From the NCBI GenBank assembly GCA_904063045.1, contig CAJFCJ010000026.1, forward strand, positions 784,964-848,963: DNA of 64,000 nucleotides, in the 5' to 3' direction. The notes below the pieces were generated by a model. That model made no database searches, was not told the DNA's origin, and saw only the letters and a list, made by a program, of their open reading frames with translations. Below are positions 11,748-25,124 of the stretch, one piece after another. Made by a program: the position numbers and the translations under genes. This stretch comes from Dimorphilus gyrociliatus. Lineage: Eukaryota; Animalia; Annelida. Positions within the stretch are counted from its first letter, which is position 1. Every line of letters starts with the position of its first letter.

Positions 11748-13689
11748 CGCTCAAACTAATTTCGTTTAAACATTCAAAAATAACGGGGTGCACGTGTATT
11801 TCTCAATGATCATGGGAAGCGGAATCTTATTTCCGGCACGAATGAGATTTTACGAGAAAATCATAAAACGGTTTCTCCGGCCAATGAAAAAGGAGATAAC
11901 ATTCAGGGAAATCCCTTTTAATAGCTGTAATAATAAAATCTATAACTATAATTGCCTTTTGTTTTTTTTAAAAAAAAAATACTGAATGAGATACTTTTTC
12001 GAACTAAATTTTCATTAAAATTCCTTTTTTTTTTATCAATGGGAAACTTTCCCTTTTTTAACAGAATGACGCAATGCCGTTCTGGTAATTAATATCGATG
12101 GCTTGATACTCGAAGAAGAACACGAATCTTCCAAAATGTTGCTTTCTACATGATAGAAATCATATTCTTTTTAGTATCTTAGTTATTAGTATCGTTTACT
12201 GAGACTTTTTCCAATAGTAAGCATCCGTAACTCTTCTTTTTCAACGATCATATAATATTTTACTACAAATCAGTTTAACTGCAAGTGTAGTTTGTCACTT
12301 GTCAATCCAATATCAATTTAAAACGGTACGAAGTCAACTAGGTTGTCTGAATTTTAAAGTTATATACGAAACATTCTACTCTTATTTCATGTCTTTGGCA
12401 GAGAGACTCATCTAATCTTTAATCTCAGAGCCTTAATTGAATGATACATACTTTTATAGAATAAATAGTCGCTCTGTTTTACAATTTGTTAACTGGCTTA
12501 TTAAGCGGCAATTCTTTCCAAAGTAGATGGCGCTGAAGTTGATTTGTTCATTCTATTTAAATTTACCAAAAACGAAAATTTAGACAAAAGAGTAAAGAAT
12601 AAAAATACACTTAACGTTAATTCAAAGATCGAGATGAAAAATATTTCAAATCTCTCCCCCTTTTGGATAAATATCATAATTCGATCATAAAGAAGACAGT
12701 AACTCGGAGCGATGATACAGTGATATTCCAGTGTTCTCTCTTTCATGTAAGTTCCATTCTCGCTCAGTCGCACTTGAATTTGTAAACTGACGGATTGTTT
12801 GTTTAGTAAAAGAGACTTCACAATTATTATTGTACAATTCTATGAACATTCTGATCGCTATAGTTAATCTTTCCAAGTTGATACTATCACCGAATAATGG
12901 CCATACAACAATACAAGTACCCGTTTTCGTCCGACTACGAAGTTAAATGACATCAGTACGTATTCATTTTAAACAAATGTTTCAATATTTTAAGAATGTT
13001 TTGATTTCATAAACTTAATACCGATTATTATTTTTTAATTATTAATTTTCCTAAGATCAAAGTACAAATATCGACTTTTAATGTCAACTAAAAGACTTAT
13101 ATTTGATTTATGTTGGACAAGAAGAAAAGAGAATGAATATAAAAAGGTATTACACTGGTAATCTTAGATAAATACAAGAAAAAGAACATTCTTTTTGTAA
13201 GATAACGCCATCTGTAAATTTCGCTGAAAACATTTTACCAGTTTCTACTGTAGTAAAATATTACTTCAAAATGGCGATAGGTAGGTGTTGAAAGCTGCAC
13301 GTGTGTTCTAAATCCATATATATTTCCATGATCAGTACTTAAAAAGTATAAATAATTGGAGAAAAAGGTGAGGAAAATTTCTTTTGTCACTTTTTAGGAA
13401 ATAATTTGCAAAAGAAGCATTCTTTTGACTGTTTACTTGTGTTTTTTTTTTCAAAATGAGCGAAAAGCAGAATTTTGAAAATTATGAAAAAAGATGTTAC
13501 AAAAACTAAAACCCGGAAATTTTTAAAAAGTCTAATATGTTCATAGGTTACAAAAATATCCGGTTAAAAACAGATCTGGAGCTGAAAAATTTACTACCGA
13601 AATGAATACAACCAAACTTCAGGAGGCACAGCTGAGTTGAAAGACTCATTACTAATGGTAAGTAGTTAATCTGTCATTACTATTAAGGC

Positions 13690-14030
13690 CAACAACATTT
13701 CCATAAGATAAAATAATCTTTGAAAAAGGAAAATGTTTGATTTAGCTTCAGTGAAACATTCGCTAGAACCGATGAAATGAACAAGAGCGATAATCCACTT
13801 GAAGAAATATAATCTGGATGCGAATTCGGTTGAAACTTTATTTTGCCACGATTCAGGAGAAAAGAGCCAGTACTAACGTATAAAGCATGAACATTTATGA
13901 CATTTTCAAATAAATAGGATGATATTATTTTCTCAAACAAGGCATCAACGCTCAGCAAACGTAGTCATATAAGTAGAATTATGTTTGCTTTGCGTTGGGG
14001 CATGATCTTGAGAGGTTATCAACATTGATA
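13690..14030 (-). pseudogene. Highly decayed Tc1/mariner transposase catalytic-region remnant
   Basis: QDHAPTQSK resembles QDNAP(C)H, and FQPNSHPDYISSSGLSLLF resembles HPPYSPDLAPSD(F/Y)xLF; frames broken. Confidence 0.4.
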
Positions 14031-14213
14031 AAATACCCTTTGTCCGAATATTTTACCCACTTGGCTTCAATATTAAGAGCCATAAAGAAGTATATAATTT
14101 TTAAGATGTATTGAAATATTACACTTCTGGCGACCTGTCAATTATATATTAAAAGGTAAATATTATTGTTTTCACATTCGCACAATAGACGTTGTTGGGT
14201 TGCAAAGATGTAA

Positions 14214-14396
14214 TTAGAAGGATATTTCTGAATTTTCCATTTCATCTATTACGATGCTCGCCAACCTTTGAACAGATGTGAGGTCCAAACAGAGCTCTCC
14301 ATAGAATCTTCGCAGATGGCAGTAAATTTGAATAGCGGGGACGCCTTCTGTTGTTAGGTATACAATGATTAAACGTTGCTGAAGACTTAAATCCAT
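14214..14396 (-). pseudogene. Mariner transposase N-terminal HTH fragment
   Basis: QQRLIIVYLTTEGVPAIQIYCHLRRFYGELCLDLTSVQR matches the Mos1-type first HTH pattern; parallels the N-termini of the ORFs at 21734 and 24940. Confidence 0.7.
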
Positions 14397-15329
14397 TATT
14401 GTTGATTTTCAAACGCCAAATGACTTACTCACTCCATCGAGTGAAAGTAAATAGAATTTAACTCATGTCGCTGTAGACGGTGAAAGTAATATTATTTCTT
14501 TATTATTTTTTAACTGCTTGCTATTTCAAGCGAAAAATAATTTAATACCATTAATATTGTTTACAATAATTACTTTGTTCGAAAGCGATTGTGGTTTCGC
14601 TTAAGCCAAGTCGAATTTAGCTTGTTTCGAAAGTCAAAATAAGATATCTGATGTTTTTAATTATAAGTTGTCTAGATCCTGTATTGGGAGCTCTTTTTGG
14701 ATTATTAATTTCGAATATTGCATAAATGTGTGAAATTCGAATTTCAAGGGTCAATCGACAGGGCAATATGTAGCGAAATTGGTAGTTAATAGAAAAAAAT
14801 GTAAAATCGAATTGGACTTTTTTTACGTTCTAAAATATTTTTTTTTATCTTTGAACAGCCAATTTTCTATCTCTACCCTGTATAGTGAAACAGCGGAAAG
14901 CCTTGCTTAAGACAATCTCAAAAAAAAGGATAATATTATTTTCTCAAACAAGGCATCAACGCTCAGCAAACGTAGTCATACAAGTAGAACTATGTTTACT
15001 TTGCGTTGGGGCATGATCTTGAGAGATTTTCAACGTATCTGCATTGATAAAATACTCAACAAGTGATATTCTAAATATTTATATGGTCACATCGACTAGA
15101 TTTGGTAGGCTGCAAAATTTAGAATACACCATCATTATGTTAATGGCCTATCATTTAAACTTAAATCAAGTCATATTTTCATTAGTATTAAGATATTCAT
15201 CCCTACCATATCTATTCTAAAGAATTAGCGACTTTATTATAGTTAATTAATATTACTATCTTTACTTAGTATAATTATCTACGACGATAACATTAGTTTT
15301 AAATAGTAATAAATTGAATAAAATAATGC

Positions 15330-16400
15330 CCAGAAAGTAAAATTCAAATGGCCAACGACGCCGACCGTCCGAATCGAACGGAAACCACAACTCAAATGGT
15401 CACAGCCATCGAATCATCCACCCTTGATGATGAATTGGAAGAGCAAAGAAACAAATTCGAAGAAAGATTTGAAGAAATAACGGTTCGGAATGATGCAATG
15501 AAAGTCCCGATGGAATGAACGTATGATCCAAATGATCGGTTCTAATCAAATGAACCTTATCAACAAATCACATAATTCATCTGCGTCTATTCAAATATAA
15601 GATACGGATGATCCAACAGTTAAAGAACACGATGGCGGAATTTCAAATATTTAAATTTCTCAAGATTTTTCAAGCAGAGAAGAGACATCATCTATGACTC
15701 ACATCAAATTAAAACATCTCATGACCTCGCCACACGAATCCATTTTCTATGAAATAAAAGAATTGGTCCATTTGAAGAGTTCAATGGTACCTACTTCCGA
15801 TATTTTTACAAAACTGTCATTTCTCCTTCAATGAAAGTTCAATTGGACGATTAAATAAATGTTTGATCATTGAACGTTGGATGTCTTATGATGTAAACAC
15901 TCGCGAATTCTGAACAGTATTGATACTAATAAAAATAGCTTTTAAAACCTAGTCAAAGATCTAAAATACATTCATCTATGATAATACTTCGTTAGTTGGA
16001 GGAACATTTATAGAACGAATATTTAATAGAAATACTACCTTTCAACCCAATAATATTTCGGATTAAATTGATTTCAAGACACTCGTTACATTTTTAAATC
16101 GTCAAGAAAACAAGGGTTATTCACACTACCACAGACAATTTATCCCTAAACTATCGTTGTATAATCAACATGACATTAGACATATTCTTTTTTAAATATC
16201 CCTCCGACTTTAATATGCTTATGTTAGAATTACGTCAAACAATAAAAATCATCATAAAGAGTATCGAAAATGGTTCCTATGTTCCCTATACAATAGATAC
16301 GGAAATGATCTATTAGGATAAAAAATCGTGATGATACCATTCAGAAGTATACATACGAAAGTAAATATACCAAATTTGACCAATGTCAACAACATCCAAA
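15330..16400 (+). pseudogene. Decayed BEL/Pao gag remnant
   Basis: TLDDELEEQRNKFEE parallels TLDEKLEEQKRIMEE at 48630; GAGTTCAATGG.. parallels AAGTTCAATGG.. of the gag at ~36005; many stops. Confidence 0.55.
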
Positions 16401-16499
16401 TCAATTTTTTCATTCAAAATTTTGGGTCGAGATTAGAAGACTTTTTTGAGTTTCCTCACAATTTAAGTATTTTCTTTTGCAGGATGAAGCTTATACTGT

Positions 16500-18350
16500 A
16501 TACATAGGACTGACTTTACAACGCAAAGCTCGACAGGATAAATGTTCCTGGTTAACATTTTGCAAATGCAAACTCAACAGAATAGTGAGAGTGAGAAAAC
16601 TATTTTCACAATAACTACGATGGCGAAGAACCCAGATAAAATGAGCGCAGTACAGAAGCTGGAGACAGTAAATAGATGCATGGGCCATACAAAAAGAGGC
16701 CTAGATGATAGAAGGTTCACAAAGGGCTTAATAAAATTGAGATGCCTTATCGCCCAAAAAGTTATTGGATAAATGGAGTGAATCGTTCCAGGGTGAGCTT
16801 GAGGATCGAGTAGCAGAAATGAGAAGAAAAATAAGGAAATACTTGGCTATAATGGAAAAAGATTACGAACCAAAAGTAGAAACATCTACATCGGAGCAGC
16901 TGGGAGCGCGTCAAGCAAGCACAGAGTAAGGCGGTAGTAGCAGCTGCCGCAGTGTGCGAAGTACGTCCTCTGGAAAGAGGAACTACAATGATTAAATGGC
17001 AGACAAATACGACGATGAAGAAAGACTGGTGACATAGTTGGAAAAGGGAAGAAAAAGAGATATGACGCCGGAAAGGCGACACCCAAGTATCGAAAGAAAT
17101 TAAAGTTCATTCGATAGCATTGCAAATTGTACCGACCGCGAACAATGGGAGCTAACTCCATTGGGAGAGGCAATGCAAGATGGTTTCTCATTAAAGAATG
17201 AAAGAGAAGAATTTGGATGGAGAAAAAAGAGTGCATCATAGCCGAAGTTGACGAAATAATCGAGAAAGAGAGGGAGAGAAGAAAAGAAATGGCCCGTAAC
17301 GAAGCCGCACAGCAGAGGAGAGAGCAGAAGTTGATTATGATAATACAGGCCACCACAACTACTCGAATGGAAGATATAATTGCTAGAGCTGGAGGAGATG
17401 AGCAAGCTAGTTAATGAGCGAGTCGAAAGAATCCAAGATAGATTGATAAACCTTGAAATCAAATCTCGTGAATGGAGAGTAAACAGTGAAAGAGACGCCG
17501 GTGGGCGAACAGACAAAAATTATAATGACTGGGAGTTACGACCTGTTAAACAGAATAGCGCCTATTACCCCTATAATGTTTGAAGGTGAGATTGATATAT
17601 TCGGCACGAGACTGTCCTGTTTCGCTGTAGTGGAGCGAATGATTGGGAGAAGCTCGAGTTTCTGTACACCTAATTGGGCGACAACATAGAAGATTTCGAT
17701 ACTTCTCAATGGAAGAGTATAAAAGTGAAATGAGATTCCTAAGGACAAAGTACGTGAAAGCAAAGTGTACATGTACCGACGCCTTTTCGAGACTAGAAAG
17801 ATAAGGCAGGGTACCAGATGATGACAAGAGTAAACACGATTAATTAAGATAAGTCTTAAGAGAAGTATACGTCGATTATGAAGATAGGAGTGATTTGGAA
17901 TGCGAGCACCTGAAAGCAATTACGGTCGGATTGGAATGATGAGCAGTCTAGAGCAGCATTAAGACCGTTCCTGAGAGATATGGCAGATTTCGTAGTCATG
18001 CAAAGCTTTGGAGGCCAATAAGCCAATAACAAAGAGTGAGCCAACAGGAGAGAAGGATAGCCGCCCAAAGAAAAAAGAGCTGGCATGATACTTCTGTGAG
18101 AAGTCACACCCGCTGAGAAACTGCCATCAATTCAAGAAAATGGATACAAACTGGTGAAAAGATTGAGGTTGTACGAGAACTGTATGGCTAGTAACCACAA
18201 CCTATCAGAATGTTGGAAAACTAAGTGCAAAACATGTGGGGTAGCAAAAAATTATATGCTACATCGCTGTGAGAACAAAGGCTACACCAAAAAGGGTTTG
18301 ACGATGAAGGTCCCATAATCGAAAAGGAAACTTTAATGACCGCCCTGGAA
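16500..18350 (+). pseudogene. Decayed BEL/Pao-type gag (second subfamily)
   Basis: Coiled-coil/low-complexity N-part, PIMFEGEID (DUF1759-like FxG), ...DWEKLEFL...EMRFLRTKY, and Cys/His knuckle remnants SHPLRNCHQF..ENCMASNHNLSEC..KCKTCG..YMLH at ~18105-18270; frameshifted. Confidence 0.6.
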
Positions 18351-18984
18351 TTAAAAACTAAGAATAGCGGGTTAGTGCGAATTCAAGACAATAAGGCCGA
18401 TATGATGATAATTACTCAAGAAGCAGCAAAAAGAATTAAATCAAAGCCAATGGCAAAAATGGAAATCGACCTTATGATGATGGAAAAGGTGGAAAGGCAC
18501 AGAGCTATGAAACAAAAGATTATGATGAATAGGTGGGAACTGGAAGCCTTTGAATACTCAAAATTCTTTTGACATTCATCTCGTTTGAACGTGTCAATTA
18601 TTACAAATACTTGCTTAATTTACGTCCAATCCTTCGTTCTACTTATATCAAAAAGATCTTTTTGGACGAATGTTTTGGGTGATAGTATTCCAAGTAAACG
18701 GAGGAGTCAAAACGTATAGTCGTTAAGGCATAATTAAGGCAAAATCTTTCGGAGCTTTCATAGAAGAATAAAATTTGGACAATAGATAGCATGAGCATAA
18801 GGAATAAAATGGTCTGGTATTATTTTTGGCGGCTCCTCTATTTACATTTTTTTGATGTATAAATTTATGCTGTATTTTATATTCTGAAAAAATCGTGAAA
18901 TATCCTTTCATTCAGTTCTGGAAATTTAGATGTAAAAATAATAGTAATTCTTCTACTGGATTATTGGATTGGATTATTTTAAAA

Positions 18985-19400
18985 AGGGATTTCCTATTTT
19001 TCGATAACTTATATTGTATTCTTTGTTTTGAATATAGAGTCCGAGTCTTGAAGAAACTTTTTTATGAAGTTGTAATATACCAGTTTGGTATTTTGTAAAA
19101 CTTTTCCTCTGCTGCCTTCCATATATCTTCTCTTGTCTCGGAAAATATTGTAATTTCGCATCCGTATTCTCCTTTTTGAAAAGAGTTCTATCCAACCGTT
19201 ATCTGAAAATATTATTTCCTTAATATCATCTTGTGACTTGTCCAGCATATTCTAACAAAACATTTTCCTCTTTCTTCCATGGCATGCCTTTAGAGCAGGT
19301 TTCCTTGCGGCATTATGTCCTTTAAGTTTGCAATTATGTAACATTCACTTAACAGGCTATCAATCATCGCCTTTTAACCTGGGCTTAACAACAATACAAG
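18985..19400 (-). pseudogene. Internally deleted Tc1 transposase remnant (family of the 31.4-32.5 kb element)
   Basis: LKGHNAARKPALK..RKRKMFC*NMLDKSQDDIKEIIFSDNGWIELFSKRRI joined directly to the C-terminal EDIWKAAEEKFYKIPNWYI; both parts align with 31850-31990 and 32385-32500. Confidence 0.75.
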
Positions 19401-19419
19401 AGAAATCTTTCATTCATTC

Positions 19420-20250
19420 GAAAATCTTTTCCATATGATTTCAGTATCGTAGATACAATATCTCTTAGTAAAAGGATTACTAGGTCCCTTTCCATTCAAT
19501 TTCAATTCATCCGTAAAATTGACGTTGTGTCATCAATACATCAATACAAAGTAATCACACTTTTAATAAAACTCTTTCTCCATCTATATTCGTCTTCAAA
19601 ATTTTAATATCTTTAGCATATTTTACTTGTTAAGGCTTCTCTTCCATCTCTGTTTTAATTAATTATTTGCTTTAGAACGGTTGTTCTAAAGAAGCTCTCT
19701 TAGTCTCTGGTTCATGATAAAACGCCCTTGTTCTTTAGTCAATTCATTTACTCTGCAACCATCTACTTTTTTGATTATCGTACACCAGGGTTACTCTCTT
19801 ACATGTAGCATACGTTTTCAATAGGTGACAGATTTGGGCAGTAAGTAAGATAAAATTCTTCTCATAGAGCTTTCCTGAAAAATACATCACTTATTTTTTG
19901 AGATGGGACAAATACCACTCCTTGGTGAACTTCCGAGGCAAAAATAACTGGTTTTTTAAAATGTGTTAGCTGAAGCTTTCATCCTTTGAGCGACTGTTTT
20001 TGTTACATCTTTTAGGGTTTTTTCTATAGTTTTCCGTCGGACATTAAATTTCAAGAAATCGTAATTTAAGTGGTTGAATGATTGTTTAAATTATTCATCT
20101 TTTTCTATTTAACAATGATTTTCCTGTCTCAACGTTTCCACTTTTAACATATGTAGGTTTTACAATATATTGAATGGACGCTTGAGGAATGTGCATCATT
20201 TCTGGAATCTCTTCCTTGGAATATAATGTCTAAATAACTTTTAAACTGGA
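19420..20250 (-). pseudogene. Scrambled Tc3/Tc1-like and mariner fragments
   Basis: NVNFTDELKLNGKGP (cf. Tc3 IFSDEKKFNLDGP), TYCPNLSPIENV (cf. 29550), an N-terminal piece resembling 28920-28990, and a mariner-like FYHEPETKRAS segment near 19720. Confidence 0.55.
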
Positions 20251-20854
20251 ACATGTATCAAACATCTGCAAAAAAAAAAATATATAAAATTCTCAACAAC
20301 CTAGTAATAAAAACATATTGATTACGTTTATAAATACCCTGAAAAGGTTCTTTGGCCATTGCACGTGTCTTCTTTTTCCTGTCCGCGAAAGTAGTTGCTG
20401 TCCACCTGTTATGTAACCTTTCTACTGCCATTGTGTAACTTTTCATCAACTCTTTTTACATTCCTTCTGTTCCTTTGAAGATTCTCAGGGTTAGGAAATG
20501 GCTCATAGTAATAATCTGCTTCTGTGGGCTTTTGTTGCTTTTCAAACATTGATCATTCTCACTTCGTTGACATTGCTTAGTAACTTTCTTAATTGCTGAA
20601 TTATTTCTTACAGCAATGTCGTCCTAATAGATTAATTTCAAGTGAAGGATGAAATGCCTTAATTTACCAGGAACCGTTTGATCTTACTTTATTGAATGAT
20701 GAAAGACGGACATTTACTAGTACAAATTAAAACGGTAGAAGATAGGTTATATTTGGATTAAACTGAAAGTTTTACCCGTTTGTGTCTTACAGCTAAAAAG
20801 AAATTACATAATATGTTTAGTCATAAATATTAATTAATGTCCTGAATATGTCTA

Positions 20855-21734
20855 TATAGCTTCGAATTCCCCATTATTGTCAATGCATGTTGGCCACCTG
20901 GCGGGAAGCATATCAATTCCTTTGGCGAAGTATTCACCCCGAAGATGGTCCTTAATTTCTAGAAAAGGTAATAGTCTGATGGTCTGGGCTGTAGGCTGGA
21001 TGAGGAAAGACTACCCATCCAGTTGTTCTAAGATATTGAGTAGTTCATTGTGATCTGGCCTTATCTTGTAATACTTTACTCTTTATTAGGCCTGATTCTA
21101 TTAATTCTTTGTTTTAATCTCTTTAAAATATTGATGTAAATCTCTGAATTTATTCTGACTTGCGAACTTGAAAATTCTAGGTGAATAAGCCTAGAGGAAA
21201 CTTTGTATGATTCTCAAACGAAGCTCTTTTAGTCAATGGTTCTTGATAGAATACCCATGTTTTATCTCCTGTAACAATCTTTGCCAGAAAATCATCTCCT
21301 TCACCATATTTTTCTAGGAGTTCTGTAGACCTCTCTACCCTTTTGTCTTTCTGATACCAATCAAGTTGGTAGGGAATCCAGCTGGAGACAATCTTTCTCA
21401 TCCCAAGACTGGAAATCAAATCTTCAACAGCAGCATGACCCATGTTCAATGTTTGAGATATCTCAGCCTGGCTTATTCTCCTATTATCTCTGATTAGAGC
21501 AACAACTCTCTCCTTATTTTCATTGTTACTGGCTGTTCTTGGACGTCCCCGCCTATCATCATCAAGTATATTTGTTCTTCCTCCTTTAAATTCTCTAATC
21601 CATCTTCTTACTGAACTTTCATCAAGTGTTGTTTTACCAAAAAAAGCTTTCAGTTGCCTTTGAATATCGACTGCAATAACTTGCTGTGATGCAAAAAATC
21701 TTTGCTTCATACAATCATCCATACCGTGCACCAC
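20855..21734 (-). pseudogene. Mariner (DD34D-type) transposase pseudogene
   Basis: 185-aa ORF with HTH, GRPRT linker, SSWIPYQL (WVPHEL motif) and KIVTGDKTWVFYQEP; downstream broken frames give LQDKAR, HPAYSPD..PSDYYLF and YFAKGIDMLPARWPTCIDNNGEF. Confidence 0.85.
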
Positions 21735-22344
21735 TGAAGTCTCAATAACTTTTCATTTAGGTCTCACAAGTTGGGAAAACTGCATACCGTAAAAATATAA
21801 ATGCAATTTGAAAACGAATGACAAAGTAGTACTTTTCCTAGGCATTAAACTCCTTATATTCCAAATAGATTATATTTTTTTGACTGCAAATTTAACTGCC
21901 GTTTTTATCATATCATTTTAATGATATTGATATGAATACAGTATATGAAGCATCTAATGGTTTCTATTAAAAATCAACGCGTAGGAAAGTTCTCCTCCAG
22001 CCAGTTTTGCAGTTTTCCTATTTAAATTATTAGGCAGTGATAGAACATCTTTTGAATAATTATTTAGTCATTCATCTTGGATTTTCCCCCAGTCCATTCT
22101 CTTATCTCTTTACTTCTTTCGTTGATTCTGAAATCCTTAGACTGTTCATTCTTGAGGCATTTGTTACTATACTGATCATAGAAACCTGCAATATCGTCGC
22201 CTTCTAAACAAAAATATTCATTTATTATATAATTTACCTCGATTTCATTTATATTATTTCTTTAGTCAATATATCATTATCTTTTATATCAACACCTACA
22301 CAATTATTAACATTTGAGAGGATTTTTCATTTCATTTTTTTACG

Positions 22345-23976
22345 TCTTCACCCTGCAATATTTATAAATGTATTTATTTTACAAGTTTCGTATTTTTAAG
22401 TCTCAGTTTTTATATCTTATGCTTCCTGGTTAGTTCATACAACCTTATTACACTTTCCACACAATCTATTCTCAATTTGTTTCGAGATTCGTCAATTTTT
22501 CTTCGGCAGACGCCATTTTGACCACGTGTTTCTTAAAAAAAACTAGTTATGACTAAAATGGCATTTGTCAACAAAATTTCCTCATATTTATATTCAGTAG
22601 ATAGAATTTTGGTGAAATATGAATTTCAGCATCAAAAAGACAATTTTTTATTGAATTTGATAAATCAGTTAAATAATCACTTCTTTCGATCTAATAAAGC
22701 GTCAAAATGACATTCTTTTTGACATAGAATATATTTTGAAGTACATAGATACAAAATGTTGATGAAAAGCAACATGACAATGATTTAAAAAGCGTTAATC
22801 GATCATTATTTCCATCAGTAATATTTCATACAAATATTCATTTAAAAGAAGTCGCCATTTTGTTTCCAATTCAGAATATCAAAATGTCAGCTATTAACTT
22901 TTATTTGTCAGAATAATTGTGAAAAAGTTCAAAGTATTTAAAACGCAATTGATAGAAATGAAAAAAACCAAAATATAAATGTTTAAATATCTGTCATGTG
23001 ACATTTAAAGTTTTCAACATTTTTGCAAAATGGCACCACTGTTATTCAATTGTATCGGTTGGATATTTTGATTTATCAGATTTGTGTGTAGATTATGAGA
23101 AATTTGATCATGTTTTTATTTGCACTTTCGATGGAAACCTTTAAGAATATAAGCCTAGAAAAACATGGCGTCAGTTGTTTTTCTCAACAATTTCAACACG
23201 AAATTCAATTTGTTATTTACGCTAATCGGAAGAGCTTTTTATTGAAATGAGATGCACAACTCACAGTAAATACGATTAGAATGTTTAGAAGTAGAAGCTT
23301 GCGTTATATCTAGAATAAATGCAATCTAACTGTACGATAAAGGGTGAAGCAACCGCAAACACACGTCGCACTCTCAACTTTCTTCGCATTAATTGCTTTT
23401 AAATCCTGAAAAATGTGTAAAATAAATGAAAAGTTTGCATGCAGTTTGATGAAAAGTTTCGAGAGAATTTTACGAAACCTTCCAAGTTGAAAAGTGTATA
23501 AATAGGCGAAAGCTGCGAGGTACAAATCAGTGTAAATCGGGTTAAGTATTGTGGTATTACAAGATCAGACACTACTCCTAAGATTGACGATTTTTTTTTT
23601 ACGTAAGTATAACGTTAAAATTTTGCATTGCTGTAGAATTGTAATGGTTTGGTTCTTTTCAGGAGAAACGCCTTGACTTTACACTCCAATCGGAAAAGAA
23701 GCTGAATTTGGTCACAGTAGGGTAAAATTCCTTCTTGAAGATTGTCGTTCATTTCTTATGGACAACTCTGCGTGTGACAAGTGTTCTGGAAAAACGAAAT
23801 GGAAGAGAAGCATCTCGACTGAATACGAAATTCTCTCTGAACGAAACAGCACAACCTAAATCGAAAAGAAAATGCTGAAAGAAACTGTATATATTATGTT
23901 GAAATTTGTCTTTAACTGATCTCTCTATTCAATAAACATTACTTTGAACAAATCATTTTAAGACTTGCGCATTTTT
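22345..23976 (+). repeat. Segmental duplication block A, copy 1 (partner 42418-44040)
   Basis: Near-identical over most of its length, offset ~20071; ORF 23310-23525 is identical to 43381-43596. Confidence 0.95.
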
Positions 23977-24469
23977 GACTTTCATCTTCTGTTTAAATTA
24001 CGAGTTTACTTGGTTAACTTCTTGTTGCTTAATTACAACAATCTTTTCATAATCAACAAATGAATCCCTTGTTCTATAAGATTTCTATTATGTAATAGAA
24101 AAGAGTAATCAAATAACGGTTCCTTTATTTATATACGATTTATCGTACATTACAAATTCCTGTTGATTAAAAATTGTTCAAAAGTTCCGAAAAGGAAGCA
24201 TTGAATGTCATATTCATTGCATTCCCGGTGAACTTTAGGGCTAAAGAGTTTCGATTGAACATAACCAACTATAATAAAGTATGCGTTGATCAGAGCTTGA
24301 TTAGGGTTTTAGGTTAAAAGTATTAATTTATGGACATTTTATGTTGCATTCGAAGAATTTAACTGTCAAAAAATGACATATTCTTTCTGTATTTTTATGT
24401 AACAACATATAAAAGTATCGAGAATATCAGTAAAACGGCAACTACGAACGATATTCTCTGTTCAATATA

Positions 24470-24940
24470 TTAGGTACGATGGGAACGTTTCCTTTTTTTC
24501 TCATTAAGATCATATGAAATCCATTTCCCGCTAATTTTTCTGTACCCAAGCTCCTTAATTATCTTTCCAACAGCTTCTTGACCAATATCCAATTTTCTGC
24601 TTATTTCTCTCTGAGATTTAGTCGGATCTTCTTTCAGAAGCCTGTCAATAGTGTCGCTATTTTGAGCTGTAACAGATGTCCTTGGGCGACCAGATTTTGG
24701 CAAATCTTCAAAGTTTTTTCTTCCTTTTTTTATATCAGATACCCATCTTCTTACGGAAGCTTCACTAATAGTTTCGTCCCCAAAATAGCTTTTTAGCCGT
24801 GTATAAATATTCCTTGGAGAGGCCTTCTCATGCACTAAAAATGCAATTATTTTTCGTTGATCCGAACGCGTAGACATGGCTGAACAGTTAGAGCCGAAAT
24901 GAAAGTTTACAAATTCAGCAAGACAATTGGAAAGTGGCAA
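24470..24940 (-). pseudogene. Truncated mariner transposase (N-terminal half)
   Basis: QRKIIAFLVHEKASPRNIYTRLKSYFGDETISEASVRRW, SGRPRTS and KISGKWISYDL; stops before the catalytic domain. Confidence 0.85.
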
Positions 24941-25124
24941 TAATATTAATAAGGCCGTTTTAAAATAACAGCAAAGTGTATGAAACTATCCCGATCGTAT
25001 CTAATATTAGAATATTAAACTAAATTCTAAACCCAAAACGTTTAAATAATTATTCAATACTTTCATTTTACGATTGTAAAACATCCATTGACCAAAATGA
25101 TTAGCCTAAGTATATGCACTGCAA

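Noticed and set aside
12000-13000. Possible minus-strand gene (ORFs 12501-12821 and 12685-12876)
   Set aside because: Coding-like composition, but I could not build a consistent spliced model or recognise a domain.
16762-18107. Hydrophobic minus-strand ORFs
   Set aside because: Antisense to purine-rich decayed gag sequence.
21960-22200. Minus-strand AGGELSYALI resembling an ABC/SMC signature
   Set aside because: Isolated short match with no Walker motifs and broken frames.
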